Shown one piece after another: positions 18,423 through 30,599 of a DNA stretch of 64,000 nt (positions are counted from its first letter, which is position 1; each line of letters opens with the position of its first letter). The stretch is from positions 56,559 through 120,558 of the forward strand of contig JAKAKI010000040.1 of the NCBI GenBank assembly GCA_021813505.1, read 5' to 3'. A program made the position numbers and the translations under genes. The notes under the pieces were generated by a model, which was not told where the DNA came from, searched no databases, and worked only from the letters and a program-made list of their open reading frames with translations. The stretch is from a bacterium (lineage in GTDB: Bacteria; Zixibacteria; MSB-5A5; WJJR01).

Positions 18423-20576
18423 ATGACCTTACTCGCGCTCATACGTTTGACCTCGTCCGGTTGGTACTGGGCAGCGCTCGCGTTGGTTTCGGCACTCGTC
18501 GGAATTGTGTTCTACTACCGGCGGACTGTTCCACCCCTTCGCCGGCCGGTCAAGCTCCCACTGATCGCACTTCGCACAATTGCGGCCGTTGCGCTATTCC
18601 TGGCTCTGGCCGATGCGCTTTGGGCGGCCATCAAAACCCAGCGCCAGCTTCACGATCTCATCGTGCTGACGGACCACTCCGCCAGCATGAAGGAGCTCGA
18701 TGATCTGAAGGATGGGCGTTACGATCGAGCGGGCTCCTACGCGGATCGCATTCTGAGTTCCATGAAGGAACGGGCGGCCATTCACCGGTACACTTTTGCG
18801 GAGTCGTTGAGAACTGAGCCGGCGCTCCCCGATTCGTTTGGAATGTCGACCGATCTTGGGGATGCCCTTCTTGATCTGTCCCGGAAGCTGCGGGAGTTGA
18901 ATCCTCGGGCCGTTGTGGTCTTGTCGGACGGAGCGAATAACCGGGGCACCGATCCCGCCGAGGCAGTATCGCGACTGGGGATTCCGGTCGTCACGGTTGG
19001 ATTTGGCAAAACCGCCGGCACGGAGGCGCGCGTCGTCGAGGCCATCGCCCCGGAGGTCGCCCTGACAGGGAAGTCATTTGAGATTACCGGGGCGCTGCAA
19101 GGCGGAGCGGGAGACCAGAAGGCTACCCTTCGCCTGACCAGCCATGGCCGAACCCTTCTCCAGCAGCCGGCCGATCTGGGCAGCGGCGGGGCGAGAACCC
19201 CTTTTACGATGTCCACCGTGGTGGATTCACCCGGTGTCCATGACTTCCGCATTGATGTCGTCGGCGCCGACGGCCGGGCCAATCCGGCGGCGGGTCGTTC
19301 GCTGTTTGTCCGCGTGCTCAAGGGCCGGATCAAGGTGATGCTCTTTGCCGGGGAACTCGACTGGGAGTTCTCCTACCTCAAGCGATTCCTCGAACGGCAG
19401 TCACGGATCGAGTTGATTCCGATCATCCTGTCCAAGCCGACGATAGGGCACGCCATGCCGACGGCCTCGGATTGGAATGACGCTGACGTCGTTGTCTTTA
19501 TGCATCTGTCGAGGCAACAATTGGAGACTGTTTGGTCGCCCCACGCCGCCCAGTTTAGCGCGCCTGGGCACGGAGTCGCTTTCATCCTGAATAAACGATT
19601 CACCGAAGGGGCGCCGCGTTCAACGGCCTATCCATTTGAGTTTCTCAAGGGGAATCCGGTCACCCTGAGCGGGGAATTTCCCCTGCGTCCCCAATCGACA
19701 CGGCAGAATCACCCGATCATCCGGCTTGATCCGGCCAGTGACTGGGCCAAAACAAGTGCTCTTTGGTCCGACCGTCCGCCGTGGACAGACATGGTTTGCA
19801 TCGGCGGTTTGCCCGCTAATGCGGATGTGCTGGTGCGGTCAGGGAGGAGCGTGTCGGGTGAAGAGTGCCCGGCGATCTGGACTCGTATATCCCGCGGGGG
19901 CAAGTCGCTGGTCGTTTCCGGCGGCCCGTTCTGGCGATGGGCTGCCGACCGGGCTGGGTCGGGGATGCCCGCCCGGGAGTACGAAGCATTCTGGAGCAAC
20001 GCCATCCATTGGCTGTCGCTGCGCGATGAGACCGACCGGCTGGCGGTACGCTCCGACCAGCAAGTCTACCATGTCGGCGAGCCGATTATCCTCAGTGGCT
20101 CGGTCTACGATGAAGTCTACCGCTTTATGGACCGGGCCGAAGTCACAGCGCATGTCTGGTCGGATTCGGCGGCCCACGAGTCACTGAGTGTGTTCTTGCC
20201 TCCAGGCTCCGGGGATCGCTTTGAGGGTCGCGTGACTCATCTTGCACCGGGCACCTACCACTACAATGGCCAGGCCAAAGTTGACAGTACCGTCATGCCG
20301 CTGACCGGCGGGGTGTTTCGGGTTGAGCCCTACGGGCTGGAACAACAAGCCACCGGGTTGAACGAGACAGGTCTCCGGGCCGTGGCGCGCCAATCCGGGG
20401 GACGGTACTACAGCGAAAACGAGCCACCGGCCGTGTTGGATTCCCTCGATTGGACAGCTTCCATACGGCAGACGGTCCACGAGGTGCCGTTGTGGAACCA
20501 GTCGCTCCTGCTCGGCATTTTCATTGCTACTCTTCTGGCAGAATGGTTTGTCCGGCGGCGAAAACAACTTCTGTAG
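18423..20576 (+). CDS. Membrane-anchored vWA-domain protein with Ig-like and GATase-like domains
   Basis: N-terminal TMs, MIDAS-like DHSASM and VLSDG, WRW motif, C-terminal TM ending EWFVRRR. Confidence 0.75.
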   Translation: MTLLALIRLTSSGWYWAALALVSALVGIVFYYRRTVPPLRRPVKLPLIALRTIAAVALFLALADALWAAIKTQRQLHDLIVLTDHSASMKELDDLKDGRYDRAGSYADRILSSMKERAAIHRYTFAESLRTEPALPDSFGMSTDLGDALLDLSRKLRELNPRAVVVLSDGANNRGTDPAEAVSRLGIPVVTVGFGKTAGTEARVVEAIAPEVALTGKSFEITGALQGGAGDQKATLRLTSHGRTLLQQPADLGSGGARTPFTMSTVVDSPGVHDFRIDVVGADGRANPAAGRSLFVRVLKGRIKVMLFAGELDWEFSYLKRFLERQSRIELIPIILSKPTIGHAMPTASDWNDADVVVFMHLSRQQLETVWSPHAAQFSAPGHGVAFILNKRFTEGAPRSTAYPFEFLKGNPVTLSGEFPLRPQSTRQNHPIIRLDPASDWAKTSALWSDRPPWTDMVCIGGLPANADVLVRSGRSVSGEECPAIWTRISRGGKSLVVSGGPFWRWAADRAGSGMPAREYEAFWSNAIHWLSLRDETDRLAVRSDQQVYHVGEPIILSGSVYDEVYRFMDRAEVTAHVWSDSAAHESLSVFLPPGSGDRFEGRVTHLAPGTYHYNGQAKVDSTVMPLTGGVFRVEPYGLEQQATGLNETGLRAVARQSGGRYYSENEPPAVLDSLDWTASIRQTVHEVPLWNQSLLLGIFIATLLAEWFVRRRKQLL

Positions 20577-20676
20577 CGGCATCCGCTCGACCAAGTTAAG
20601 GCCACGAATTCCATTGACGCATGTGGACCGGCCACTTTCTTTGTGAGTCCCGCCCCTCGATGCCATGGCGCATTGA

Positions 20677-22002
<1,326 letters not shown>

Positions 22003-22021
22003 AGCCGTTGAGCCAGATCCC

Positions 22022-22417
22022 ATGATGAATCGTCCACCCCATCGTCTGTCACGGCAGGAACGGCGCCGCCAAAGCGGACCCGTGGCCGTTACCGCGTTTC
22101 AACGCGCCGTGTTTGACCGCGAACGCGGTGGTCTGCCACCGAAGACGCGATTGATACTTCGGGTGATCGGTTGTGCCGTGCTGCTGTATGTGTTTGTCGC
22201 CGGGAACATGGGTATTCTGAAGATGATGGATCTGCGGCGTTCCGAGCGGACGCTGACGCGCCGTGACACCCGATTGGCGGCGCAGGTCATGTCTTTGGAT
22301 ACGCGCCGGCGCATGCTTGAATCCGATACAACGTACATCGAGAAAGTGGCCCGCACCGAATACCATCTGTCGCGGCCGGGCGAAGTCATCTACGAAATCG
22401 AAAAGCCCACACCGTGA
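22022..22417 (+). CDS. ftsB: Septum formation initiator FtsB/DivIC
   Basis: TM + coiled coil + YIEKVAR...GEVIY; conserved eno-ftsB order. Confidence 0.82.
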   Translation: MMNRPPHRLSRQERRRQSGPVAVTAFQRAVFDRERGGLPPKTRLILRVIGCAVLLYVFVAGNMGILKMMDLRRSERTLTRRDTRLAAQVMSLDTRRRMLESDTTYIEKVARTEYHLSRPGEVIYEIEKPTP

Positions 22418-22423
22418 GCCGCC

Positions 22424-23239
22424 ATGCCCGGACCTGCCGTCACTGAGGCGATCTGCCTGACGGTGCAGAAGTTCTCGGAAACTTCCAAGATTGCCATCCT
22501 GTACACGCGGGCCTGGGGGCGCATCTCGGTGATCGCCAAAGGTGCGTACCGTCCCAAGTCCCAATTCTGGGGACACCTCGATCCGCTATCCGTGGCCGAG
22601 TGCGTGATCTACAAGAAACCGACCGAGAGGCTGCAGCTTCTATCGTCGTGCCGGGCAATAGCGCCATGGACCGGGCTGACCGGGTCGCTGACCAGAGCGG
22701 CATTCGGATTTGCCGTGGGGGAATTTCTCTATCGGCACACGTACGAGGAGAACGATCCGGAATTGTTCGGCCTGGCCTGCAACACGCTCCAGTCGATTTC
22801 GCGGCTCCCCGAGCGGCTCACCGCCCGCCAGTTCTGGGGATTCATGCTCGGCGCGGTTGGGTGCTTGGGGTTCCGTCCGGAGTTTGATGTCTGCGACGGA
22901 TGCGGACGCAAGCCGGCTGCCGATCAGAGAGTGGTGTTCGATGCCATTGCCGGAAAGATCATCTGCCGGCAATGCCGTCGCGAGGGAGGCCGTCCGCATG
23001 TCCTCTCCCCGGAAGCGCTGAATGAGTTGATAAAGCGGCAGCGCCAGCCGATATTGGACCCTAATGGGGCGGAACTCACTCCAGCCGCGCTGGAGGAGAT
23101 TGCCGCCTCAATTGAGGACTTCACTGTGTACCATCTCGGCGGGAGCCGGTTGAGATCGCTGGGATTCGCACGGCGGGTGGGCTCAGTGGAGCAGGTGAAC
23201 CAACGGGAGTCGAAAAAAACGGACGAAATGGAGGCATAG
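22424..23239 (+). CDS. recO: DNA repair protein RecO
   Basis: SETSKI, GRISVIAKGA, GFRPEFDVCDGC...ICRQC. Confidence 0.92.
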   Translation: MPGPAVTEAICLTVQKFSETSKIAILYTRAWGRISVIAKGAYRPKSQFWGHLDPLSVAECVIYKKPTERLQLLSSCRAIAPWTGLTGSLTRAAFGFAVGEFLYRHTYEENDPELFGLACNTLQSISRLPERLTARQFWGFMLGAVGCLGFRPEFDVCDGCGRKPAADQRVVFDAIAGKIICRQCRREGGRPHVLSPEALNELIKRQRQPILDPNGAELTPAALEEIAASIEDFTVYHLGGSRLRSLGFARRVGSVEQVNQRESKKTDEMEA

Positions 23240-24585
23240 TGGCCAAGCCCGGTACCGATCAAACGATGGACAAGATTGTTTCGCTCTGTAAGCGAAAGGG
23301 GTTCGTATTCGGCTCGTCAGAGATCTACGGCGGCATCAATTCCTGCTGGGATTTCGGGCCTCTGGGCGTGGAGCTGAAGCGCAACATCAAGGATCACTGG
23401 TGGAGGACCATGACCCACCGGCGTGATGATGTCGAGGGACTCGACGCCGCGATTCTGATGCATCCCAAAGTGTGGGAGACCTCCGGGCACGTCGCGGGAT
23501 TCACCGATCCGCTCGTGGATTGCAAGGAATGCAAGTCGCGGTTCCGCCTCGATCAGCTCGAAGAATCGATGTGCGGCAGCCCGGCGTACAAGGGACGAAA
23601 AGCCTCCAAGTGCCATGCCGAGGGGAAATTCACCGAGGCGCGGCAGTTCAATCTCATGTTCAAGACATTTATGGGACCGGTTGAGGACGAAGCCAATATC
23701 GTGTTCCTGCGTCCCGAAACCGCGCAGGGGATTTACGTCAATTTCCTGAACGTCATGCAGCCCATGCGGCGGAAGGTTCCCTTCGGCATCGCCCAGATCG
23801 GAAAGGCCTTCCGTAATGAAATTTCTCCAGGGAATTTCATCTTCCGCTCACGCGAGTTTGAGCAAATGGAGATGCAATTCTTTATTGACCCCAAGGATGA
23901 CTTGAAGTGGTTCGAGTACTGGAAGGAAGAGCGGCTGAACTGGTATTTGAATCTGGGCATACGCCGCGAAAAGATGCGGTTTCACCAGCACGGCCCCGGT
24001 GAATTGGCGCATTATGCCAAGGATGCTTTCGATATCGAATACGAGTTTCCATTCGGCTGGAAGGAATTCGAAGGCATTCACAATCGCACCGATTTCGATC
24101 TGAGCCGCCACAAGGAAGCGACCGGCGTCGATCTGACCTATTTTGACGAAGAAACGCGAGTCCGATTTGTCCCCTACATCATTGAGACCTCGGCCGGTGC
24201 GGATCGGTCCACGCTGGTCTGCCTCGTTGACGGTTATCGTGAAGAAGAAGTGAAAGGGGAGATGCGGGTCGTAATTCGCCTCGATCCGCGCATTGCTCCG
24301 ATCAAAGTCGCGATCTTCCCGCTGGTCAATCGCGACGGGATGCCGGAAACCGCCTTGAAACTGGATGCCGATTTGCGCCGCAAGTTCAAGACCTTCTATG
24401 ACGACAAGGGCGCGGTCGGACGCCGGTATCGCCGCATGGATGAAGTTGGGACACCATACTGTGTCACGATCGATTCACAAACCGCGGAAGATCAGACCGT
24501 CACGATCCGCGATCGTGACTCGATGGAGCAAATTCGCCTGCCGATGGACCGGCTGGCGGGTTGGTTGGACGAGAAGCTGGCCTAA
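23239..24585 (+). CDS. glyQS: Glycine--tRNA ligase (homodimeric type)
   Basis: SEIYGG, LRPETAQG, GKAFRNEI, REFEQME, GRRYRRMDEVGTP. Confidence 0.97.
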   Translation: MAKPGTDQTMDKIVSLCKRKGFVFGSSEIYGGINSCWDFGPLGVELKRNIKDHWWRTMTHRRDDVEGLDAAILMHPKVWETSGHVAGFTDPLVDCKECKSRFRLDQLEESMCGSPAYKGRKASKCHAEGKFTEARQFNLMFKTFMGPVEDEANIVFLRPETAQGIYVNFLNVMQPMRRKVPFGIAQIGKAFRNEISPGNFIFRSREFEQMEMQFFIDPKDDLKWFEYWKEERLNWYLNLGIRREKMRFHQHGPGELAHYAKDAFDIEYEFPFGWKEFEGIHNRTDFDLSRHKEATGVDLTYFDEETRVRFVPYIIETSAGADRSTLVCLVDGYREEEVKGEMRVVIRLDPRIAPIKVAIFPLVNRDGMPETALKLDADLRRKFKTFYDDKGAVGRRYRRMDEVGTPYCVTIDSQTAEDQTVTIRDRDSMEQIRLPMDRLAGWLDEKLA

Positions 24586-24624
24586 GGACCTCTCGGCGTT
24601 GCGATGCCTGCCGGGCCTCCCCCT

Positions 24625-26232
24625 ATGGAAACGGCCTCAAGCGGGTTTGATCCGCCTCACGAAGGATTGCCGGTGCGCCTTCCGGCGGTCACTGTTCTTG
24701 TACTGGTGATTGCGTGGGCGCTCATCGACGTCTGGCGATCCTACCCGCAAGAATTCTTTCCCCGATTCTGGGACGAAGCCATCTACATGGTCGACGTGAA
24801 CACCCCCGGTGTGCTCGCGGGCCGATTCACCGGAGACATGCATTACGCGGCGGCCAAGCCGGGTTACGGCTGGTCATTGGCCGGGGCGGTCGCGATATTT
24901 GGCGACCGCGGCGCCATGTACTTGTCCACCTTCTGGTGGCTCCTGACCATCGGGGTGATCAGTTTGGCTATCCTGCGCCGGTTTGGAGGAATCGCTGGCC
25001 TGTTTGCGGCGGCTCTCCTGGCCTATTCGCCGCTATTCGGAAAATATGTCGCGGAGGCGGGGCCGACCACGATGGCCGCCTGTTCCTTTTCGTTATTGTG
25101 GATCAGCTATGACCGGCGCCGCTGGTGGGCCGCCGGCCTGGCCATTGGCGGCCTGGCCCTGATTGATTTCAAGTGGATACCACCGGTAGTGATTGCGGTG
25201 GTTCTGATCGAGGTTCTTCTGGAACGCAATCGGCCCTGGCGGCATCGAGTGGCTTTCGTCGGCCGTGCCGCGCTGGTTGCCGCATCTATTCCAGCGTTGT
25301 TGATTCTGGTTCACCGTCCATTCGGCGACTACTTGTGGAACTACCTATTTGTTCACGAGCGAATCATGGGGTTGCACGTGTCCCCCGTGCTACTGTACTT
25401 CCTGCTTCGCTTCGGAATGGGATTGGCGATAGCCGCCGCCGCCGTATCATTATTGCTGACTCCGATTCGTGAGCGCCTTGGCAATCTGGGAGAGACACAA
25501 GTCAGATCACTTCTCGTGGCCCTTGTTCTTGCCATTGTTCCAATCGCGTTCTACTCGGTGTTTGGACCGCTCAAGGCTCTGCGGTTCTTTGCCGTCCCGT
25601 TCCCATTGCTGGTGATTCCCGTCGCGGTCGTCATCAGTCTCGCATTCGAGTGGGGCCGGGAGCGGCTCCGGAGCTGCCGTCCGATTGCACGTTGGACCAT
25701 GGCCGCGGTGCTCGCGGCCATGCTGAGCCTTCCAATTCTGGTTGCCTCCGATGGTCCGGCACGTCATCTCAGAATCCCGACATGCTACCCGCAGGCGTTG
25801 ACCCGGCTGGCGGAGATTGCTCCGGAGAGCGGCGTGATTTCCTCCTATATCTGGCCGGTGCCCTTCTACGGCCAGCGGGGGACCTTAAAGACATACCCAT
25901 TCACATTCTGGGGCGTGAAGCCGGGGGTAAAATGGCTGGCCTCCGACCGTGTGCTTGACGTCGTAACAGTCGAGAATCGCCAGCGACTCAGTTCCGCAGC
26001 GTCAGCGTCCCCCGAGTCTTTCCTTGCCGGTCAGCGTGAGAGTTTCCTCCCCTACCTGGATTCGCTATTTTCCGTACCCAGTGACTTTTATGCTTCCGAC
26101 TATTTCCTTGCCGAACAGGTCGTCGGGGGAATTGGCACGATGCGGCGGTGGGAGGCGCTCAGTCGGGACCGACAGAATGTCCTCACGCTCTACCGAATCA
26201 ATCCGGGGCTGTGGCAGCAACCCGGTCATTGA
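24625..26232 (+). CDS. Polytopic GT-C-like (PMT/ArnT-like) glycosyltransferase, paralogue 1
   Basis: FWDEAIY after first TM, KPGY, many TMs, soluble C-terminal domain; start approximate. Confidence 0.6.
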   Translation: METASSGFDPPHEGLPVRLPAVTVLVLVIAWALIDVWRSYPQEFFPRFWDEAIYMVDVNTPGVLAGRFTGDMHYAAAKPGYGWSLAGAVAIFGDRGAMYLSTFWWLLTIGVISLAILRRFGGIAGLFAAALLAYSPLFGKYVAEAGPTTMAACSFSLLWISYDRRRWWAAGLAIGGLALIDFKWIPPVVIAVVLIEVLLERNRPWRHRVAFVGRAALVAASIPALLILVHRPFGDYLWNYLFVHERIMGLHVSPVLLYFLLRFGMGLAIAAAAVSLLLTPIRERLGNLGETQVRSLLVALVLAIVPIAFYSVFGPLKALRFFAVPFPLLVIPVAVVISLAFEWGRERLRSCRPIARWTMAAVLAAMLSLPILVASDGPARHLRIPTCYPQALTRLAEIAPESGVISSYIWPVPFYGQRGTLKTYPFTFWGVKPGVKWLASDRVLDVVTVENRQRLSSAASASPESFLAGQRESFLPYLDSLFSVPSDFYASDYFLAEQVVGGIGTMRRWEALSRDRQNVLTLYRINPGLWQQPGH

Positions 26233-26274
26233 GAGTACGTTTGGTGATGTCAGATGCACGGTTCGGATGAATAC

Positions 26275-27861
26275 ATGGCAACGGGCAGGATGAAGACACC
26301 CAGGGCGATCTTGATCGTTCTGGCGCTCATTGTGGTTTGGGCCGTTGTCGACATTATCCGCTCGTATCCGTCTGAGTTTCACCCGCGCTTCTGGGATGAG
26401 GCGATCTACATGATCGATGTTCGGGCGCCTGGAGCGTTGTTTGCCCCCGATGTCGGCTCCATTCGGTACGCGCCGGCCAAGCTCGGTTACGGTCTGTTGC
26501 TCGATGGAGCGGACAAACTCTTTGGTCCCTCCGGGGCCATGTATCTTTCGACTACCTGCTGGCTTCTGGCGATTGTGCTCGTTGCGCTCACCCTCGGGCG
26601 TCGCATCGGAAGCTTTGCCGGTTTGTTTGCCGCTGCGATGCTCGCGTATTCCCCGCTGTTTGGTAAGTATATCGCGGAGGCGGGCCCTACCACGCTGGCA
26701 GCGCTTGTCTTTGTCCTGCTCTGGCTGATCTATCCGCGCCGGCGGTTCTGGGCCACCGGATTGATCGTTGGAGTTCTGGCGGCGGTCGATTTCAAATGGA
26801 TACCTCCGGTGGCGTTGTCGGTTGTTGTGGCCGAGCTGATCATTGAACGGCACAGGACATGGAAGGAACGGATCGTGTTTGTCGCCGGGGTGGCACTGAC
26901 GGCATTCGCCATGCTGACTGTCATCAAGATTCTCCATCCCCCGTTCCGCGATTACCTGTTGGGATATATTTCCAAACATAGTGGCATCGTCGGCCTGGCA
27001 CCTTCAGGAATATTCTTCTATTACCTTCTCCTGTTTGGCGCATTTCCTGTCTTCGCGGTGGCCGCAATCGCCTGGGCGATCGCAGCGTTGAAGCGCAAAC
27101 CTATTGGGCTGACAGCAGATTCGTCGAGAGTGATCTGGTACGGATGCGTACTTTCCTGTGTGCCGATTCTGTTCTATTCGGTCTTCGGTTCGCTGAAGGC
27201 GATGCGTTTCTACGCGGTCCTGTTTCCTCTCCTCGCTGTGCCGGTCAGTTATGGACTCCACCTGGCGGTGACGCGGTTTCTTGATTATTCAGACCGGAGC
27301 AGGACAGTTGGCCGGCCCGTCATCGTTTGGGGCAGTGCGTTAGTCCTTGCCAGCCTGATTGTGATTGGATCCGATGGTCCGGCGCGCCATCTGCGCTTGC
27401 GTTCGTGTTTCCCTGACGCCTTGGTACGTCTCGAAGAGATGGAAGGCCACGAAGGGGCGATCTCTTCGTACATCTGGCCGGTTGTGCATTACGAGTGGAG
27501 CTACCCGTTGAAAGAGGCGCCATTCACGCTGTGGGGCATCAGCTCGGGGGAGAGGTGGCTGGCGACGGATCCGATCCTCGACCGCGTCACGATCGAAGGG
27601 CGCCTCGCCCTCGATCCCAGTATTGGGATCACGGCGGATTCCCTATGGAATCTCCAACAGGTGATGCGACGCGGTTTCTGTGATTCGTTGTTCAGTGTTC
27701 CGAGTGAATTCTACGCTTCGGATTATTTCATGTGTGAGCAGACCGTTCTGGGCATTCCGGCCTTGCGACGCTGGCGCTCGTTTCGGCGGCCGGATGGGAA
27801 TTTCGTCACCATGTATCGCATCGATCAGGCCCGGCTGAAGCTGGGTGCACGTGAGCGTTAA
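26275..27861 (+). CDS. Polytopic GT-C-like glycosyltransferase, paralogue 2
   Basis: Colinear with upstream gene (PRFWDEAIYM, SPLFGKY.AEAGPTT, DFKWIPPV, SDGPARHLR, ISSYIWPV, FYASDYF). Confidence 0.6.
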   Translation: MATGRMKTPRAILIVLALIVVWAVVDIIRSYPSEFHPRFWDEAIYMIDVRAPGALFAPDVGSIRYAPAKLGYGLLLDGADKLFGPSGAMYLSTTCWLLAIVLVALTLGRRIGSFAGLFAAAMLAYSPLFGKYIAEAGPTTLAALVFVLLWLIYPRRRFWATGLIVGVLAAVDFKWIPPVALSVVVAELIIERHRTWKERIVFVAGVALTAFAMLTVIKILHPPFRDYLLGYISKHSGIVGLAPSGIFFYYLLLFGAFPVFAVAAIAWAIAALKRKPIGLTADSSRVIWYGCVLSCVPILFYSVFGSLKAMRFYAVLFPLLAVPVSYGLHLAVTRFLDYSDRSRTVGRPVIVWGSALVLASLIVIGSDGPARHLRLRSCFPDALVRLEEMEGHEGAISSYIWPVVHYEWSYPLKEAPFTLWGISSGERWLATDPILDRVTIEGRLALDPSIGITADSLWNLQQVMRRGFCDSLFSVPSEFYASDYFMCEQTVLGIPALRRWRSFRRPDGNFVTMYRIDQARLKLGARER

Positions 27862-27906
27862 GCTCGCTTGTCTGCATCGATACATTCGTTCGGAGATCAA
27901 CCTGAT

Positions 27907-29004
27907 ATGTCCACGTCATCATTGACCGATCTGGAAATCCTTGCGCTCGACTTCTGGCCAATCACCGTCCCGCTGACCGACACATTTGCGATCTCAAGCG
28001 GGTCGATCACCAGTGCCGAAAGCGTTTTCATTCGCGTGACACTCCGTGGAGGCGCCACGGGGTTCGGCGAGTGCGCGCCATTCACCAGCATCACCGGTGA
28101 GGATCAGGGCGGGACACTTAAGGCTGTTGAACGGCTCAAGGAGGCCGTTGTGGGCAACTCCTGCGGAGCTTTGCGGGCGCTCAGCCGGATGCTGGCCGAG
28201 CGGGCGACCTCGGCTCCGGCGGCGCGATGTGGAATCGAGACCGCGGTATTGGATGCCTTCTGTCATGCCGCGGGAATTCCGATGTGGACCTATTTCGGAG
28301 GGGCCTCCCAGGATGGGTTCGAGACCGATATTACCCTGCCGATGCTGGGACGGGAGAAATGCCTGCAACTGGCGGACTACTGGCATCGCCGGGGATTCCG
28401 GGTCTTGAAGGTCAAAGTCGGCAGCCATGTCGATTCGGACATTGCCGTGATCCACGACATCTTCGCGCGTTATCCCGACACCTCGTTTGTTGTCGATGCC
28501 AATCAGGGATTCAGCGAGCCCGATGCCTTGCTCTTGATGCGGGCTCTCCAGAAAAGCGGCGTTGCGGTCCGCATAATCGAGCAGCCGGTTCAGAAGTCCG
28601 ATCTCGAGGCGATGGCGCGGTTGCGCCGGGAGAGGATCTACCCGATCTGCGCGGATGAATCGGCGGCGTCGCGGCAGGATGCCGTCGAGCTCGTGCGGGC
28701 CGGTGCCGCTGACATCATCAATATCAAGATCATGAAATGCGGCGTTGTCGAGGCGTTCGACATCGCGCTCTACGGTCTCACGGCCGGTCTTCAAATCATG
28801 TTCGGCGGCATGATGGAAACACGTCTGGCGATGGGCTGCTCGCTGGCCATGGCCGCCGGGATCGGTTCGGTGCACACGCTGGATTTGGACACACCTCTTC
28901 TGATGGCCGAGGACCCGCTCACCGGTGGATATCAATACGATGGCCCGCGGATGGTACTGGCCGAGGGGGCAGGGATGGGGGTTGCGGCTCAACTCAAGAT
29001 GTAA
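27907..29004 (+). CDS. Dipeptide epimerase (L-Ala-D/L-Glu epimerase family, enolase superfamily)
   Basis: KVKVG, DANQG, EQP, ADES, NIKIMK, DLD. Confidence 0.88.
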   Translation: MSTSSLTDLEILALDFWPITVPLTDTFAISSGSITSAESVFIRVTLRGGATGFGECAPFTSITGEDQGGTLKAVERLKEAVVGNSCGALRALSRMLAERATSAPAARCGIETAVLDAFCHAAGIPMWTYFGGASQDGFETDITLPMLGREKCLQLADYWHRRGFRVLKVKVGSHVDSDIAVIHDIFARYPDTSFVVDANQGFSEPDALLLMRALQKSGVAVRIIEQPVQKSDLEAMARLRRERIYPICADESAASRQDAVELVRAGAADIINIKIMKCGVVEAFDIALYGLTAGLQIMFGGMMETRLAMGCSLAMAAGIGSVHTLDLDTPLLMAEDPLTGGYQYDGPRMVLAEGAGMGVAAQLKM

Positions 29005-29032
29005 TTCCTATCGCTTTCCATCGCGACTTAGC

Positions 29033-29782
29033 ATGGCACAGACCTCCTCCATCGAATGGACCAACTCCACCTGGAACCCCATCACCGGGTGCGACAAGGT
29101 CAGCCCGGGGTGCAAATTCTGCTACGCAGAGCGGATGGCGCGGCGGTTGAAAGCCATGGGTTCCGAGAACTACCGGAATGGGTTCGAGTTGACACTTCAC
29201 CCACTGGTCCTGGAAACGCCACTTCGCTGGAAGAAGCCGCAGGTGATCTTTGTCAATTCGATGAGCGACCTGTTCCATAAGGATGTCCCGCTCGCCTTCG
29301 TTCAGAAGACTTTTGACGTGATGGCCAAAGCGTCGTGGCACCAGTTCCAAGTTCTCACCAAGCGGGCAGACCGACTGGCCGCGGTGCACGCCAGTCTGCC
29401 TTGGCCGCAGAACGTTTGGATGGGTGTGAGTGTCGAGAACGCGGACTACGTTCACCGCATTCACGATCTGCGCAAGGTGCCGGCGGCCGTGCGTTTTCTC
29501 TCGGTTGAGCCCCTGCTTGCACCGATCCCAAACCTGCCATTGACCGGTATTGACTGGGTCATTGTGGGCGGTGAATCCGGCCCTGGCTGCCGACCGATGG
29601 ATGCAGATTGGGTACGCCAGATTCGCGACCGGTGTATTTCGCAGGACGTACCGTTCTTCTTCAAGCAGTGGGGAGGCGTGCATAAGAAGCGGAATGGCCG
29701 GGAACTCGATGGCCGTACTTGGAGCCAGATGCCGGCCCCAAAGGCACGGCGAGCGTCACGCCGGGTGTTGGTGAAGGCTTAG
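29033..29782 (+). CDS. DUF5131 / phage Gp37/Gp68-family three-Cys protein
   Basis: [51 protein letters not shown]. Confidence 0.92.
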   Translation: MAQTSSIEWTNSTWNPITGCDKVSPGCKFCYAERMARRLKAMGSENYRNGFELTLHPLVLETPLRWKKPQVIFVNSMSDLFHKDVPLAFVQKTFDVMAKASWHQFQVLTKRADRLAAVHASLPWPQNVWMGVSVENADYVHRIHDLRKVPAAVRFLSVEPLLAPIPNLPLTGIDWVIVGGESGPGCRPMDADWVRQIRDRCISQDVPFFFKQWGGVHKKRNGRELDGRTWSQMPAPKARRASRRVLVKA

Positions 29783-29804
29783 AGCAGATTTCTCCCGGTC
29801 AGTC

Positions 29805-30473
29805 CTAATTCGCAGCCGGTTGTGTTGATTCTGAAGTCGCCGAATGCCCTGCTGATTCGGGGACAATCCTGTACACTCGATTCATGTAAACCGGCGCCTT
29901 CGGTCGCTCCCCGTTACACGGAACTTTCTCGATTGTATGGACAACATCCAGCCCCTGCACAACCTTGCCGAAGACGGTGTATTTCCGATCCAGAGATGAC
30001 AATCGCCCCAGGGCGATGAAGAACTGCGATCCGGCGGAGTTGATGTCGTCCCAGTGAACCATCGACAAAGTTCCGTCGGTAATTGGTTCCGAGGAAAACT
30101 CCGCGGGCACGGTATAGCCTGGTCCACCGGAGCCGTTTCCAAACGGATCGCCCCCTTGGATGACGAATCCAGGCACAACGCGATAAAACGGGACGCTGTT
30201 GTAGAATCCCTTTTCGGCCAGGTAGACCATGCTCTGGCAGTGTTTGGGAGCCAGGTCCGGACGGAGTTCAAGCACGATCTGCCCGAAGTCGGTGTCGATC
30301 CCGACGCGTGGCCGCTCATCGAGAGTGATCATGACATTTCGATAGGGCGCCGGATCATACGGTTCGTTGGACTTGTGAGTGCAGGCGCTCTGCCCAGCCA
30401 GGACAATTGTGAGAAGACAACCGAGAACCCGCCTTATGAGTGAAGTCGATTTCAATCGTAGCCTCCCATCCAC
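29805..30473 (-). CDS. Cyclophilin-type peptidyl-prolyl isomerase, probable lipoprotein
   Basis: FYRVVPGFVIQGGD, SAGSQFFI, YTVFGKV; QSAC lipobox-like sequence. Confidence 0.9.
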   Translation of the reverse strand: MDGRLRLKSTSLIRRVLGCLLTIVLAGQSACTHKSNEPYDPAPYRNVMITLDERPRVGIDTDFGQIVLELRPDLAPKHCQSMVYLAEKGFYNSVPFYRVVPGFVIQGGDPFGNGSGGPGYTVPAEFSSEPITDGTLSMVHWDDINSAGSQFFIALGRLSSLDRKYTVFGKVVQGLDVVHTIEKVPCNGERPKAPVYMNRVYRIVPESAGHSATSESTQPAAN

Positions 30474-30599
30474 CAGTGGCAGCCCGACGTTTGATGTTAA
30501 GTTACAACTATACTACCATTTCATGCAAGTGAAATGAACCGGCATTGCAGCCGCGATCGTCTACGCCACTCTCTGCTCACATGATGCCGGGTGAGCGGG

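Noticed and set aside
28925-29032. Upstream extension of DUF5131
   Set aside because: Overlaps the epimerase; the family N-terminus (SSIEWT) fits ATG 29033
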